A stretch of DNA of 64,000 nt, taken from Vulcanimicrobiota bacterium (GTDB lineage Bacteria; Vulcanimicrobiota; Xenobia; Xenobiales; JADMJV01). Positions 19,286 to 27,743 of the stretch are shown one piece after another. Positions within the stretch are counted from its first letter, which is position 1, and each line of letters starts with the position of its first letter. The position numbers and the translations under genes are program-made. The stretch lies in the NCBI GenBank assembly GCA_050250895.1, contig JBFWNU010000001.1:3552149-3616148 (forward strand). The letters are read 5' to 3'. Under the pieces are notes generated by a model. It saw nothing but the letters and a program-made list of their open reading frames with translations. It searched no databases and had not been told where the DNA came from.

Positions 19286-19621
19286 ATGGAAAATGCATCG
19301 AGATACAAGCGACTGATCGATCTCTTTGTCAGTAGGAGTGGCTCGATCACTTCCAGGAAGATACGGAACGGTGATTTTTCGAACGAAGATAGGGACATCA
19401 ATGATTTCGTAAAGCGTCTCGACAAAAGAGAGCGCGAAATCCTGGGCAACCTCCTCGAAGAAGAACGGAAGGATGCCTTCCATGACGTCCTCTTTATCCT
19501 TGTGGAAAATAAAATTGGGCTTCACGACAGTGATGGTCCGATCGACTATGACTATACCCAAGACTATCACGGTGACTACGTGCATCGGTTGGCTGGGGAG
19601 CCGTGGTATGACGAGGACTGA
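19286..19621 (+). CDS. Putative immunity protein (DUF6547-like)
   Basis: Starts 1 nt after toxin stop; 111 aa, YKRLIDLFV..REILGNLL..FHDVL..DYVHRLAGEPW pattern resembles DUF6547 from recall. Confidence 0.7.
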   Translation: MENASRYKRLIDLFVSRSGSITSRKIRNGDFSNEDRDINDFVKRLDKREREILGNLLEEERKDAFHDVLFILVENKIGLHDSDGPIDYDYTQDYHGDYVHRLAGEPWYDED

Positions 19622-19740
19622 AACGTCACCGGGGCGCTGACGCGCCCTTTGCCCAAAGGGCGCTCGCCAGCGCCGCGGGACGGTGAGAGTGGGCTGAGGC
19701 GCGCCTCTGTCGTGTTCAACGTGGTGAGAGGCGCGCCCGC
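19617..19740. repeat. Right copy of islet repeat plus palindromes
   Basis: ACTGAAACGTCACCGG, CGCCCTTTG-CC-CAAAGGGCG, GGGCGCTCGCCAGCGCCGC, GAGGCGCGCCTC. Confidence 0.6.
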
Positions 19741-19795
19741 CGCCCTCCCACGTCTCGCGGCGCCTTGAGGATGCACCAGAAACCGGCTCCCCGCG

Positions 19796-22700
19796 CTAGC
19801 TCTCTTGCCGTGATACCTGGATGTCGTTCACCCAGATCTCGTCTTCGTTGACTTCCAGGTTGCCCCCCGACTCGCTGGCCAGCGACTTCTGCAGAACCAT
19901 GGCGTCGATGACTTCCGAGACGCGGCGTTCCAGCGGTCGCTGGTCGGAAGGCTGCAGGGCCTCTAGCGTCTGCTCGTAGACGGCAGGGTCCAGGCCGTTG
20001 TCGGCGGCCTGCTTGAAGGCCGCTTTGAGTTGATGCAAGCTCTCGCGCAGCTGGTCGGGGCTAAAGCCGCTGGTCAGACCGAACACGACCGCCGGGCGAC
20101 CGAAGACACCGGCTTGCTGGAACAGCTCCAGCGCGGGTCGTTCATAGTATTCCCAGTTGGTATAGCTGTCGTCGTAGGGTAGGTGGGCGTCCAGAGCGCT
20201 GCGCAGCTTCTTGAGTTGCGCCCGGGTCGAGTCGACGGTCGCGCCCTCTTGCAGCGCGGCGGCGGCTGCCGGGTAGAGATTGCCCAGGTCTTGCTGCAGC
20301 GCGAGACGCTCCTCGAGGCTGGCGGCGCCGGCCGGCGTGAGGGCCTGGGCCAGTGGAGCTGTGTCTTTCTTCTCGGCCAGCAACTGCAAGAAGAGCTGGC
20401 GGGCCGGCTCGCACTCTGGGGCGAGCAGGTCGTCCTTGTAGAATCTGTAAGGGCTGGCCAGGGTGTATTCCCAGTGGGCGTAGTCGTCTTCGTACTGGCG
20501 GCTCGCCTCGGCCGCCCGGCTGAACTCGTCGAGGCGGGCGCGGGCCTGGTCGAGGGTGCTGCCCTGGGCCATGTCGGCGGTCGCCAGGTCGTACATCTGC
20601 TGGGGAAATTTGCCCTTTTGGAGCTGGCCGAAGACCTCGATACGCTGCTGCAGATCGAGTCCTGGTACCTCGGGAAGGACGTGACCGACCGAGTTCGCCT
20701 CTTGCTTGTTGGTCAGCAGTTCCAAAAAGAGCTGGCGGGCCGGCTCGCGGCCCGGGGCTAGCAGGTTGTCTTTGTAGAACCGGTAAGGGCTGCTCAGAGT
20801 GTATTCCCAGTGGGTGTAGTCGTCTTCGTACTGGCGGCTCGCCTCGGCCGCCTGGTTGAACTCGTCGAGGCGGGCGCGGGCCTGGTCGAGCGTACTGCCC
20901 TGGGCCATGTCGGCGGTCAGCAGGTCATACATCTGCTGGGGAAATTTGCCCTTTTGGAGCTGGCCGAAGACCTCGATGCGCTGCTGCAGATCGAGCCCGG
21001 GTACCTCGGGAAGGACGTGACCGACCGAGTTCGCCTCTTGCTTGCTGGCCAGCAGTTCCAAAAAGAGCTGGCGGGCCGGCTCGCGGCCCGGGGCCAGCAG
21101 GTTGTCTTTGTAGAACCGGTAAGGGCTGCTCAGAGTGTATTCCCAGTGGGTGTAGTCGTCGTCGTACTGGCGGCTCGCCTCGGCCGCCCGGTTGAACTGG
21201 TCGAGGCGGGCGCGGGCCTGGTCGAGGGTGCTGCCCTGGGCCATGTCGGCGGTCAGCAGGTCATACATCTGCTGGGGAAATCGGCCCTTTTGGAGCTGGC
21301 CGAAGACCTCGATACGCTGCTGCAGATCGAGTCCTGGTACCTCGGGAAGGACGTGACCGACCGAGTTCGCCTCTTGCTTGCTGGCCAGCAGTTCCAAGAA
21401 GAGCTGGCGGGCCGGCTCGCGGCCCGGGGCCAGCAGGTTGTCTTTGTAGAACCGGTAAGGGCTGCTCAGAGTGTATTCCCAGTGGGTGTAGTCGTCTTCG
21501 TATTGGCGGCTCGCCTCGGCCGCCCGGTTGAACTCCTCGAGGCGGGCGCGGGCCTGGTCAAGCGTGCTGCCCTGGGCCATGTCGGCGGTCAGCAGGTCGT
21601 ACATCTGCTGGGGAAGTCTGCCCTTTTGGAGCTGGCCGAAGACCTCGATGCGCTGCGTTAGATCGAGCCCGGGCACCTCGGGAAGGACGTGACCGACCGA
21701 GGTGGCCTCTTGCTTGTGGGCCAGCAGTTCCAAGAAGAGCTGGCGGGCCGGCTCGCGGCCCGGGGCCAGCAGGTTGTCTTTGTAGAAACGGTAAGGGCTG
21801 GCCAGGGTGTATTCCCAGTGGGTGTAGTCGTCGTCATACTGGCGGCTCGACTCGGCTGCCCGGCTGAATTCGTCGAGGCGGGCGCGGGCCTGGTCAAGCG
21901 TGCTGCCCTGAGCCGTGTCGGCGATCAGCAGGTCATACATCTGCTGGGGAAATCTGCCCTTTTGGAGCTGCCCAAAGACCTCGATACGCTGCTGCAGATC
22001 GAGCCCCGGCACCTCGGGAAGGACGTGACCGATCGAGGTGGCCTCTTGCTTGTTGGCCAGCAATTCCAGGAAGAGTTGGCGGGCCGGCTCGCGGCCCGGG
22101 GCCAGCAGGTTGTCTCGGTAGAATCTGTAAGGGCTGGCCAGGGTGTATTCCCAGTGGGTGTAATCGTCTTGATGCTGGCGAGCCGACTCGGCGGCGGTGG
22201 CGAATTCTTCGGTCCGCTGGCGGGCCTGTTCGAGGCTGCTGCCGTTGCGGAGTTCCCCGGTGGCCAGCTCGTAGTATTGCTCGGAGAACGGAGATTTGCG
22301 GAGTTCGCGCATCATCTCGATCCGCTCGGACAGTGTGGTCGAGCCCACCTGCGGCAGCAGGATGCTGACGAGGGCGCCGCGACCGGCGGCCAGCTCCTGA
22401 CAGTAGAGGTCGCGGGCCTCGGCTAGCTGGGGTGCGGCCAGGCTAGAGGTCACAAATTCGCGGGCCGGGGCTGCCACATTCTCCTCGAAGTCCCATGAGG
22501 AGGAATCTCGTCCGCTCAGCAGAGCCGTGATCAGTTGGTCCAGACTGGACCTGGCCTCGGCACTCGAGTTGCCGGCGTGCAGCAGCGAGACATAGAGGTC
22601 ATAGTATGGCTCGGGATTGTCCATCCGCGAGGCGGTGGCCAGGGCTTCGAGGCGTTCGGCGAGCGGCGCCGCGCCGCGGTCGAGGCAGGCGGTCGATTTG

Positions 22701-23782
22701 AGCTGGCCCAGCAGATTGGTGGCTTCGACCGCTTTTTCGAGGCTGCTGGTCTGGAACAGCTCGGCTACCCTGGCCTCCTGGCCTGGCACCGCCGACTGGC
22801 ACGCCGCCAGGGGGTCTTTGGCAAATCTCTGGTAAAATTCGGCCCGTTGGCCTCCGAGCTTGATGACTTCGGCCATGGCTTCGGGCTTCTCGCCTTCGAG
22901 GCAGGCCAGGGCGGCCCGCGCGCCCTGCAACAGTGACAGGTCGGCTTTCGGCGCGTAAAGACCCAGCGGTTCAAGCGCTCGAGCCGCCTTGTGGGGACGC
23001 TCGCCTAAGAGGCGAAGTCGGGGCGGCATATCCTTTGGTTCGAGTTCGCCGATCATCCCCTCTACTACCCGTCGCAAGGGCGAGGGTAGCGGATAGAGCC
23101 GGGCCTCGTCCATCCGTCCCAGATCGGTGGTCAGGGCTTCTACCAGCTGAGCTGCCGCTTCGGCCGGATTCTCTCTGAGATTGCGCTCGAATTCAGAGCG
23201 GTCGCGCGTTTTGGGGGGAGTGGTTCCGCCAAGACGGGCCAGGGGAAATCCGTCTTCGAAGGCGACCACGGGACGGTGGGCTTGGGCCTGCTGATAGGCT
23301 TCGTAAAGGGGCAGATTGCGTCCCGACTCGAGATCCAGCAGTTGGTGACCGGCCATCAGGGCGGCCGTGGGCGGTAGCGCCCGGGCGCTTTCACCGGTGA
23401 GCGAAACCTCGAGCACAGCCAGGTCTTGGGAGCTAGAGAGGGGGACTTTTCGCCCTTCGAGTTCGACTCGAAGCCGCTCATCGCCTCGGTTGAGAGCGTC
23501 GGCCGCCTCCTGATGCGAGACGGGCTTGTGGGCGTCCGTCCAGGGCCAATGAAAGGCTTTCTTGTGCCAGAAGCTGCACGGCAGGCGCGACAGTTCGTCG
23601 GCCAGCACAGGGCCGGCCGGGCCAGAGACCGCAGCCACCACCGCCTGGGCCAGGGGGGCTGGGGCGATCGGGCTCGGCCCCTGCTGGCTGAGCTCGATCT
23701 TATCGATAGCTTGAGTTTTGGCCTGCGGCTCTGACGGGGCGCGGAAGACCGTCGGCCGATAGGTCACAGGATGAATCCGCAT
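19796..23782 (-). CDS. 1328-aa helical repeat protein with 112-aa tandem repeats and MRIHP..DKIELS N-terminal tag
   Basis: Long ORF; repeat YxDDYTHWEYTL(A/S)SPYRFYKDNLLAPGREPARQLFLELL..; TAGCCT lies 8 nt before ATG. Confidence 0.88.
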   Translation of the reverse strand: MRIHPVTYRPTVFRAPSEPQAKTQAIDKIELSQQGPSPIAPAPLAQAVVAAVSGPAGPVLADELSRLPCSFWHKKAFHWPWTDAHKPVSHQEAADALNRGDERLRVELEGRKVPLSSSQDLAVLEVSLTGESARALPPTAALMAGHQLLDLESGRNLPLYEAYQQAQAHRPVVAFEDGFPLARLGGTTPPKTRDRSEFERNLRENPAEAAAQLVEALTTDLGRMDEARLYPLPSPLRRVVEGMIGELEPKDMPPRLRLLGERPHKAARALEPLGLYAPKADLSLLQGARAALACLEGEKPEAMAEVIKLGGQRAEFYQRFAKDPLAACQSAVPGQEARVAELFQTSSLEKAVEATNLLGQLKSTACLDRGAAPLAERLEALATASRMDNPEPYYDLYVSLLHAGNSSAEARSSLDQLITALLSGRDSSSWDFEENVAAPAREFVTSSLAAPQLAEARDLYCQELAAGRGALVSILLPQVGSTTLSERIEMMRELRKSPFSEQYYELATGELRNGSSLEQARQRTEEFATAAESARQHQDDYTHWEYTLASPYRFYRDNLLAPGREPARQLFLELLANKQEATSIGHVLPEVPGLDLQQRIEVFGQLQKGRFPQQMYDLLIADTAQGSTLDQARARLDEFSRAAESSRQYDDDYTHWEYTLASPYRFYKDNLLAPGREPARQLFLELLAHKQEATSVGHVLPEVPGLDLTQRIEVFGQLQKGRLPQQMYDLLTADMAQGSTLDQARARLEEFNRAAEASRQYEDDYTHWEYTLSSPYRFYKDNLLAPGREPARQLFLELLASKQEANSVGHVLPEVPGLDLQQRIEVFGQLQKGRFPQQMYDLLTADMAQGSTLDQARARLDQFNRAAEASRQYDDDYTHWEYTLSSPYRFYKDNLLAPGREPARQLFLELLASKQEANSVGHVLPEVPGLDLQQRIEVFGQLQKGKFPQQMYDLLTADMAQGSTLDQARARLDEFNQAAEASRQYEDDYTHWEYTLSSPYRFYKDNLLAPGREPARQLFLELLTNKQEANSVGHVLPEVPGLDLQQRIEVFGQLQKGKFPQQMYDLATADMAQGSTLDQARARLDEFSRAAEASRQYEDDYAHWEYTLASPYRFYKDDLLAPECEPARQLFLQLLAEKKDTAPLAQALTPAGAASLEERLALQQDLGNLYPAAAAALQEGATVDSTRAQLKKLRSALDAHLPYDDSYTNWEYYERPALELFQQAGVFGRPAVVFGLTSGFSPDQLRESLHQLKAAFKQAADNGLDPAVYEQTLEALQPSDQRPLERRVSEVIDAMVLQKSLASESGGNLEVNEDEIWVNDIQVSRQES
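20330..22230 (-). repeat. Intragenic tandem repeat, 336-bp period, about 5.5 near-identical units
   Basis: GTGTATTCCCAGTGGG at 20463, 20799, 21135, 21471, 21807, 22143 (exact 336-bp spacing); degenerate units on both sides. Confidence 0.95.
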
Positions 23783-23818
23783 GCCCCGTCAGGCTACGCT
23801 AGAGGGCCGAAAAATCGC

Positions 23819-24571
23819 TTAAAACCACACCGACTTGACGCGTTCGAGTTCGCCCTCGAGTTCGGTCTGCTCGAGAAAGAGGTTAAGCCAGTTGAGAAAG
23901 GCCTGATCGTCGCGCGGGGCCATCCAGCCCAGCGTCTCGCGAGTGAGGGGGGCGTCGGGGCGAATGGCGGCCAGGCGCTGGTCCCGGCGGGCCACCAGCC
24001 GGGCTTCGATGTTGTCGGTGAACATGACGTCGGCCTTGCCGGTGGCGATGGCCTCGGGGATCGAGAGGTTGTCTTCGAAGACCACGATGGTGGCCTTCTT
24101 CAAGTGGGCCCGGGCGAAGGTCTCGTTGGTGCCGCCCGGATTGACGGCCACCCGCACGCCGGGTTGGTCGATGGAGGCCAGGTCGCGAAAGCGATAGGCA
24201 TCCTCGAGGCGAGCCAGGGGACTCTTGCCGATACTCAGATAAGGTCGCGTGAAAGCGCCGTCGGCGGCTCGGGCCAGAGTGCGGGTGATGCCGCCCACGG
24301 CCAGGTCGTAGCGCCCCTCGGTCAGACCCTGGGCCAGGTTGTTCCAATCGGTGGGTACGAACTGGACCTCGGCCTTGAGCGCTCGCGCCGCCAGGCGCAC
24401 GAGATCGACATCCAGCCCCTCATAGGTGTCGCCCCGACGAACCGCAAAGGGAGGATAGTCCCCCGGAGTGCCCACCACCATCACGCCCTTCTCGCGAATG
24501 GTATCCAGGTGCGAGGGTTGGGCCAGGGCCGGAGCCAGCAATAAGAGCAGGAGCAAGAGACGAAGCTTCAC
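23819..24571 (-). CDS. Family 3 solute-binding protein / cyclohexadienyl dehydratase (PheC-like)
   Basis: Sec signal peptide; GTPGDYPPF, GGITRT, VNPGGTNE, ADVMFTD motifs. Confidence 0.85.
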   Translation of the reverse strand: MKLRLLLLLLLLAPALAQPSHLDTIREKGVMVVGTPGDYPPFAVRRGDTYEGLDVDLVRLAARALKAEVQFVPTDWNNLAQGLTEGRYDLAVGGITRTLARAADGAFTRPYLSIGKSPLARLEDAYRFRDLASIDQPGVRVAVNPGGTNETFARAHLKKATIVVFEDNLSIPEAIATGKADVMFTDNIEARLVARRDQRLAAIRPDAPLTRETLGWMAPRDDQAFLNWLNLFLEQTELEGELERVKSVWF

Positions 24572-24636
24572 CCGCCGGCTTTCGCTGACCGCCCGGCGGA
24601 GGCCTGGCGGGCCCGATGGCGAACCTTTCTGTAAGG

Positions 24637-26703
24637 ATGAAGATCGATCCCAGCCAGACGCTGCGCCGCCGCCTGATTCGGGTCAGCCGGCGAGTCAACG
24701 CGGACAGCCTCTCAGCCGAGCAGCATCAGCAGTTGGGCCAGGATCTGTCTGCTCTGTCCCAGGCCGCCATCAGTCGCTTCGAGACCCTCGAGCAGACCAA
24801 TTCGCGGCGACGCCAGTTGGGCAAGATGCTATCGCTGGCCAACACGGTCGCCACCTACACGGCGGTGGCCAGCGGCTTGACTGGCACTTCGGGGGTGGCC
24901 CTGGCCACGGCGGCGGCCAGACAGCGGGCCGTAGAAGGTTTTAGCGAGCTTTTGACCGAGACCCGCAGCTTTCTCGAGGCACCTCAGGTGCAGCAGGTGG
25001 GACCCCAGAACCCGCCCGCCGAGATACCCTGGGTCGAGGTGCCGGCCGGCAAGTTCTTGTTCGGTCCCGATAAGACCGAGGTCGACCTGCCCACCTATCG
25101 CATCTCGAAGTACCCCGTCACCAACTGGCAGTTTCAACAGTTCGTCGAGGCCACTGGCTACGAGCCCCACGGCAGCTGGCACGTCCCCGAAGGCGGTTAC
25201 GGCGAGGGGCCTGACGGCGAAGCCAACCACCCGGCCGTCAACGTGTCGTTTCACGACGCCCGAGCCTACGCCCGTTGGGCCGGGGGTCGGCTGGCCAGCG
25301 AAGAAGAGTGGGAGAAGGCCGCCCGCGGCACTGACGGTCGGCTCTATCCCTGGGGCAACCAATGGCGTCCCGAGAGCTGTAACAACGACAGCTATGGCAC
25401 CACCCCGGTCAGCGCCTTTGAAGAGGCTGGCAACGTCAGTCCGTATGGGGCTGTCGATATGGTGGGCAACGTGCTCGAGTGGGTTGACGGCGGGACGGCG
25501 CGCCGCCCCGGAGCGGTGTTGCTCAAAGGCGGGGCCTGGTCCAACAGTCGGGCTCCCGGGGCCGGCCAGCTCGACGATCCCTTCGGAGCCGTACGCCAGA
25601 CCTCTGAGTACCCTGACAGCACTTACGCCGGCTTCGGCTTTCGGATCGTGACCGACCAACCGGTGGGCACCCGGTTCGAGCCCCCCGCACCGGTCGGGGC
25701 GGAAGAGCCGCCTCAGCTCAGTCAGGCCCACAGCGAGCTCATGCAGCAATTGCACCAACCCTTGACCGAGCTGGCTAACAACCTGCAAGAGGGCCGACCC
25801 TGGGATGGAGCCCTCGAGCAAAAGATTCGACGCACCCTGCTCGACGTGACGCGTGAGGCCCGCGAACTGCGTCCCCTGGGTGGCAAGGCCGACACCAGGG
25901 TCACCCGCAAAGAAGCGGCTCGCATTCATGGAGCGGCCAATCGCCTGGCCAGTCTCATGACGGCGGCGGCCACTGGTTCGGCACCCATCGCGACCACCAT
26001 GGTGAAGCTCGGTCTGGTCGAGGACTTGCTCAGGGGCTCGTTGGCCTATCTCGAATCGCGGGCGAAGCTGGTCGAGCCCAAGCCTATCGACCGTCCCAAG
26101 CCGGCCGAGGCCATGTTCGACTTCGCCGAGATTCCGGCCGGTCCGACCAGGGTGGGCCGCGAGGGCAAAGAGGTGCACCTCGACGCCTTCCGCATGTCCA
26201 AGCAGGTCGTTAGCAACAAGCAGTTTCTCGCCTTCGTCACCACCACCGGCTACAAGCCCGAGGGCGGCTGGCGTCCGCCAGCTGGGGGTGTGTATCCTCA
26301 CGAAAAGCAGGGTCTCGAGCCGGCCGTCAACGTCTCTTTCTTCGACGCTCGGGCTTTCTGCGAATGGGCGGGCTGCCGCCTGCCCAGCGAACACGAGTGG
26401 GAGAAGGCGGCCGGCGGTCCCGATGGGGTCGACTCCGCCTGGGAGTCGGGCCGGCTCATCGCCGACCACGGCCGCATCGAAGCGGTCGACCATCAGCACT
26501 ACGTCTCTCCCCATGGCGTCCAGGGCATGGTCGGCAACGTGCTCGAGTGGGTCGAAGGTGGTTCAGAGAAGCGGCCAGGCTCGGTGCTGTTAAAGGGCGG
26601 GGCCTGGAGCAACGGCGGCTTCAAGCCGTTTAGCGTCTCGCGTCACTCCACCGATCTGCCGAACTCGTCCTACGGCGGGTTTGGCTTTCGCGTAGCCCTC
26701 TAG
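24637..26703 (+). CDS. Protein with two FGE-sulfatase (SUMF1/EgtB-type C-lectin fold) domains
   Basis: Twice: HP/EPAVNVSF.DARA, RL.SE.EWEKAA, MVGNVLEWV, KGGAWSN, GFGFR; start 24637 (MKIDP) or 24616. Confidence 0.85.
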   Translation: MKIDPSQTLRRRLIRVSRRVNADSLSAEQHQQLGQDLSALSQAAISRFETLEQTNSRRRQLGKMLSLANTVATYTAVASGLTGTSGVALATAAARQRAVEGFSELLTETRSFLEAPQVQQVGPQNPPAEIPWVEVPAGKFLFGPDKTEVDLPTYRISKYPVTNWQFQQFVEATGYEPHGSWHVPEGGYGEGPDGEANHPAVNVSFHDARAYARWAGGRLASEEEWEKAARGTDGRLYPWGNQWRPESCNNDSYGTTPVSAFEEAGNVSPYGAVDMVGNVLEWVDGGTARRPGAVLLKGGAWSNSRAPGAGQLDDPFGAVRQTSEYPDSTYAGFGFRIVTDQPVGTRFEPPAPVGAEEPPQLSQAHSELMQQLHQPLTELANNLQEGRPWDGALEQKIRRTLLDVTREARELRPLGGKADTRVTRKEAARIHGAANRLASLMTAAATGSAPIATTMVKLGLVEDLLRGSLAYLESRAKLVEPKPIDRPKPAEAMFDFAEIPAGPTRVGREGKEVHLDAFRMSKQVVSNKQFLAFVTTTGYKPEGGWRPPAGGVYPHEKQGLEPAVNVSFFDARAFCEWAGCRLPSEHEWEKAAGGPDGVDSAWESGRLIADHGRIEAVDHQHYVSPHGVQGMVGNVLEWVEGGSEKRPGSVLLKGGAWSNGGFKPFSVSRHSTDLPNSSYGGFGFRVAL

Positions 26704-26707
26704 GAAT

Positions 26708-26735
26708 AAAAAAAAGGCGGGATTGCTCCCGCCTT
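26708..26735 (-). terminator. Rho-independent terminator between convergent genes
   Basis: AAGGCGGGA-TTGC-TCCCGCCTT stem; A-run on + strand gives the U tract on the minus strand. Confidence 0.85.
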
Positions 26736-26753
26736 ATGGGCAATGGGTTCTTC

Positions 26754-27185
26754 TCAGGCTTCCAGGCCTTCTACCGATTCACCGAATTCCTCGTCGCAAT
26801 CACTCTGATACTCGGTCAGCAGATTGTCACCCTGGACCAGATAGGCTAAGGCATCTTCCAGGGGCGCCTCCGAGGCATCCGTCAGACTGTCGAGCAGATC
26901 TACCAACCCCTGCTCGTAGCACTCGAAGGCGCCGAGCAAGAGATTGTGGGTCTCGACCATCAGTTCCGGAACGTCCACACCCTCCAGAGCCTCGAGGGTT
27001 TCGTCCACCTGACCCAGGCGACGTTCGAGCCCTGCGGCGCAGTCTTGCAGGCTGGTGGTTCCCTCGGCCAGAGGCCCGAGTTCTCGCAACACCTTCGAAC
27101 TAAGTCGATCGGTGCGCAGAAGCATCAGGCCGCCCGTTTCGGCCAGGATGGTGTTGAGTTCGTCGCGTCGAGTGTCGGTCAGCAT
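26754..27185 (-). CDS. Acidic helical hypothetical protein
   Basis: 143-aa ORF starting 3 nt after upstream stop; followed by terminator. Confidence 0.75.
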   Translation of the reverse strand: MLTDTRRDELNTILAETGGLMLLRTDRLSSKVLRELGPLAEGTTSLQDCAAGLERRLGQVDETLEALEGVDVPELMVETHNLLLGAFECYEQGLVDLLDSLTDASEAPLEDALAYLVQGDNLLTEYQSDCDEEFGESVEGLEA

Positions 27186-27188
27186 CGT

Positions 27189-27620
27189 TTAGTTGTTCCT
27201 GAAAACGTCGACCATCTGCGAGGTCTGGGCCTTGTAGGCGCGCATGGCCATCCGCTCCTGGGGGCTGACGTTGCCATCGGCCATCGCCATCATCCGCATG
27301 GCTCGCTCGGTTCCTTTGCGCTGAGCCAGGGCGCCGACCTCTTTGCCGTTGATCTTGCCGCTGAGCACGCCATCGGCCAACTTGGCCTTTTCCATCATCT
27401 TGCGCATTCCACGGCCGCCGTGCGGTCCGTGGTGACCACCGCCGCAAGGTCCGCAGCCGCCGTGACCCCCGAGCCCGCCGGGTCCGCCAAAACCTCCCAG
27501 GCCGCCGAAGCCACCACCAAATCCGCCGCCGAAGGCGCCGGCCAGACCCGGTCCAAACCCGGCTCCGTTGGCCGAAAAACTGCTGCTCATCTTGAAATTC
27601 ATCGATACGTTCACGGGCAC
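27189..27620 (-). CDS. Gly-rich hypothetical protein
   Basis: GGAGGA SD before GTG; (GGF/GGL)n tract, GGCGPCGGGHHGPH, then helical C-terminal domain (ADGNVSPQER). Confidence 0.75.
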   Translation of the reverse strand: MPVNVSMNFKMSSSFSANGAGFGPGLAGAFGGGFGGGFGGLGGFGGPGGLGGHGGCGPCGGGHHGPHGGRGMRKMMEKAKLADGVLSGKINGKEVGALAQRKGTERAMRMMAMADGNVSPQERMAMRAYKAQTSQMVDVFRNN

Positions 27621-27743
27621 TCTCCTCCGCTAACACTTGATTATGGAGTGATTCTAAGCCCAGGGCATGGACGCCGATTTGGATTGGAGACCCGGCCATG
27701 TTGCCGGGATGTAAACAGAATATGAGGAATTGTTACCGGCAGG

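Noticed and set aside
20330-22230. Regular repeats as a possible CRISPR array
   Set aside because: The period is 336 bp, in frame within a CDS, with no unique spacers and no cas genes.
24637-26703. FGE/C-lectin domains as diversity-generating retroelement targets
   Set aside because: No reverse transcriptase or adenine-variant template repeat is visible; the two domains differ at all base types.
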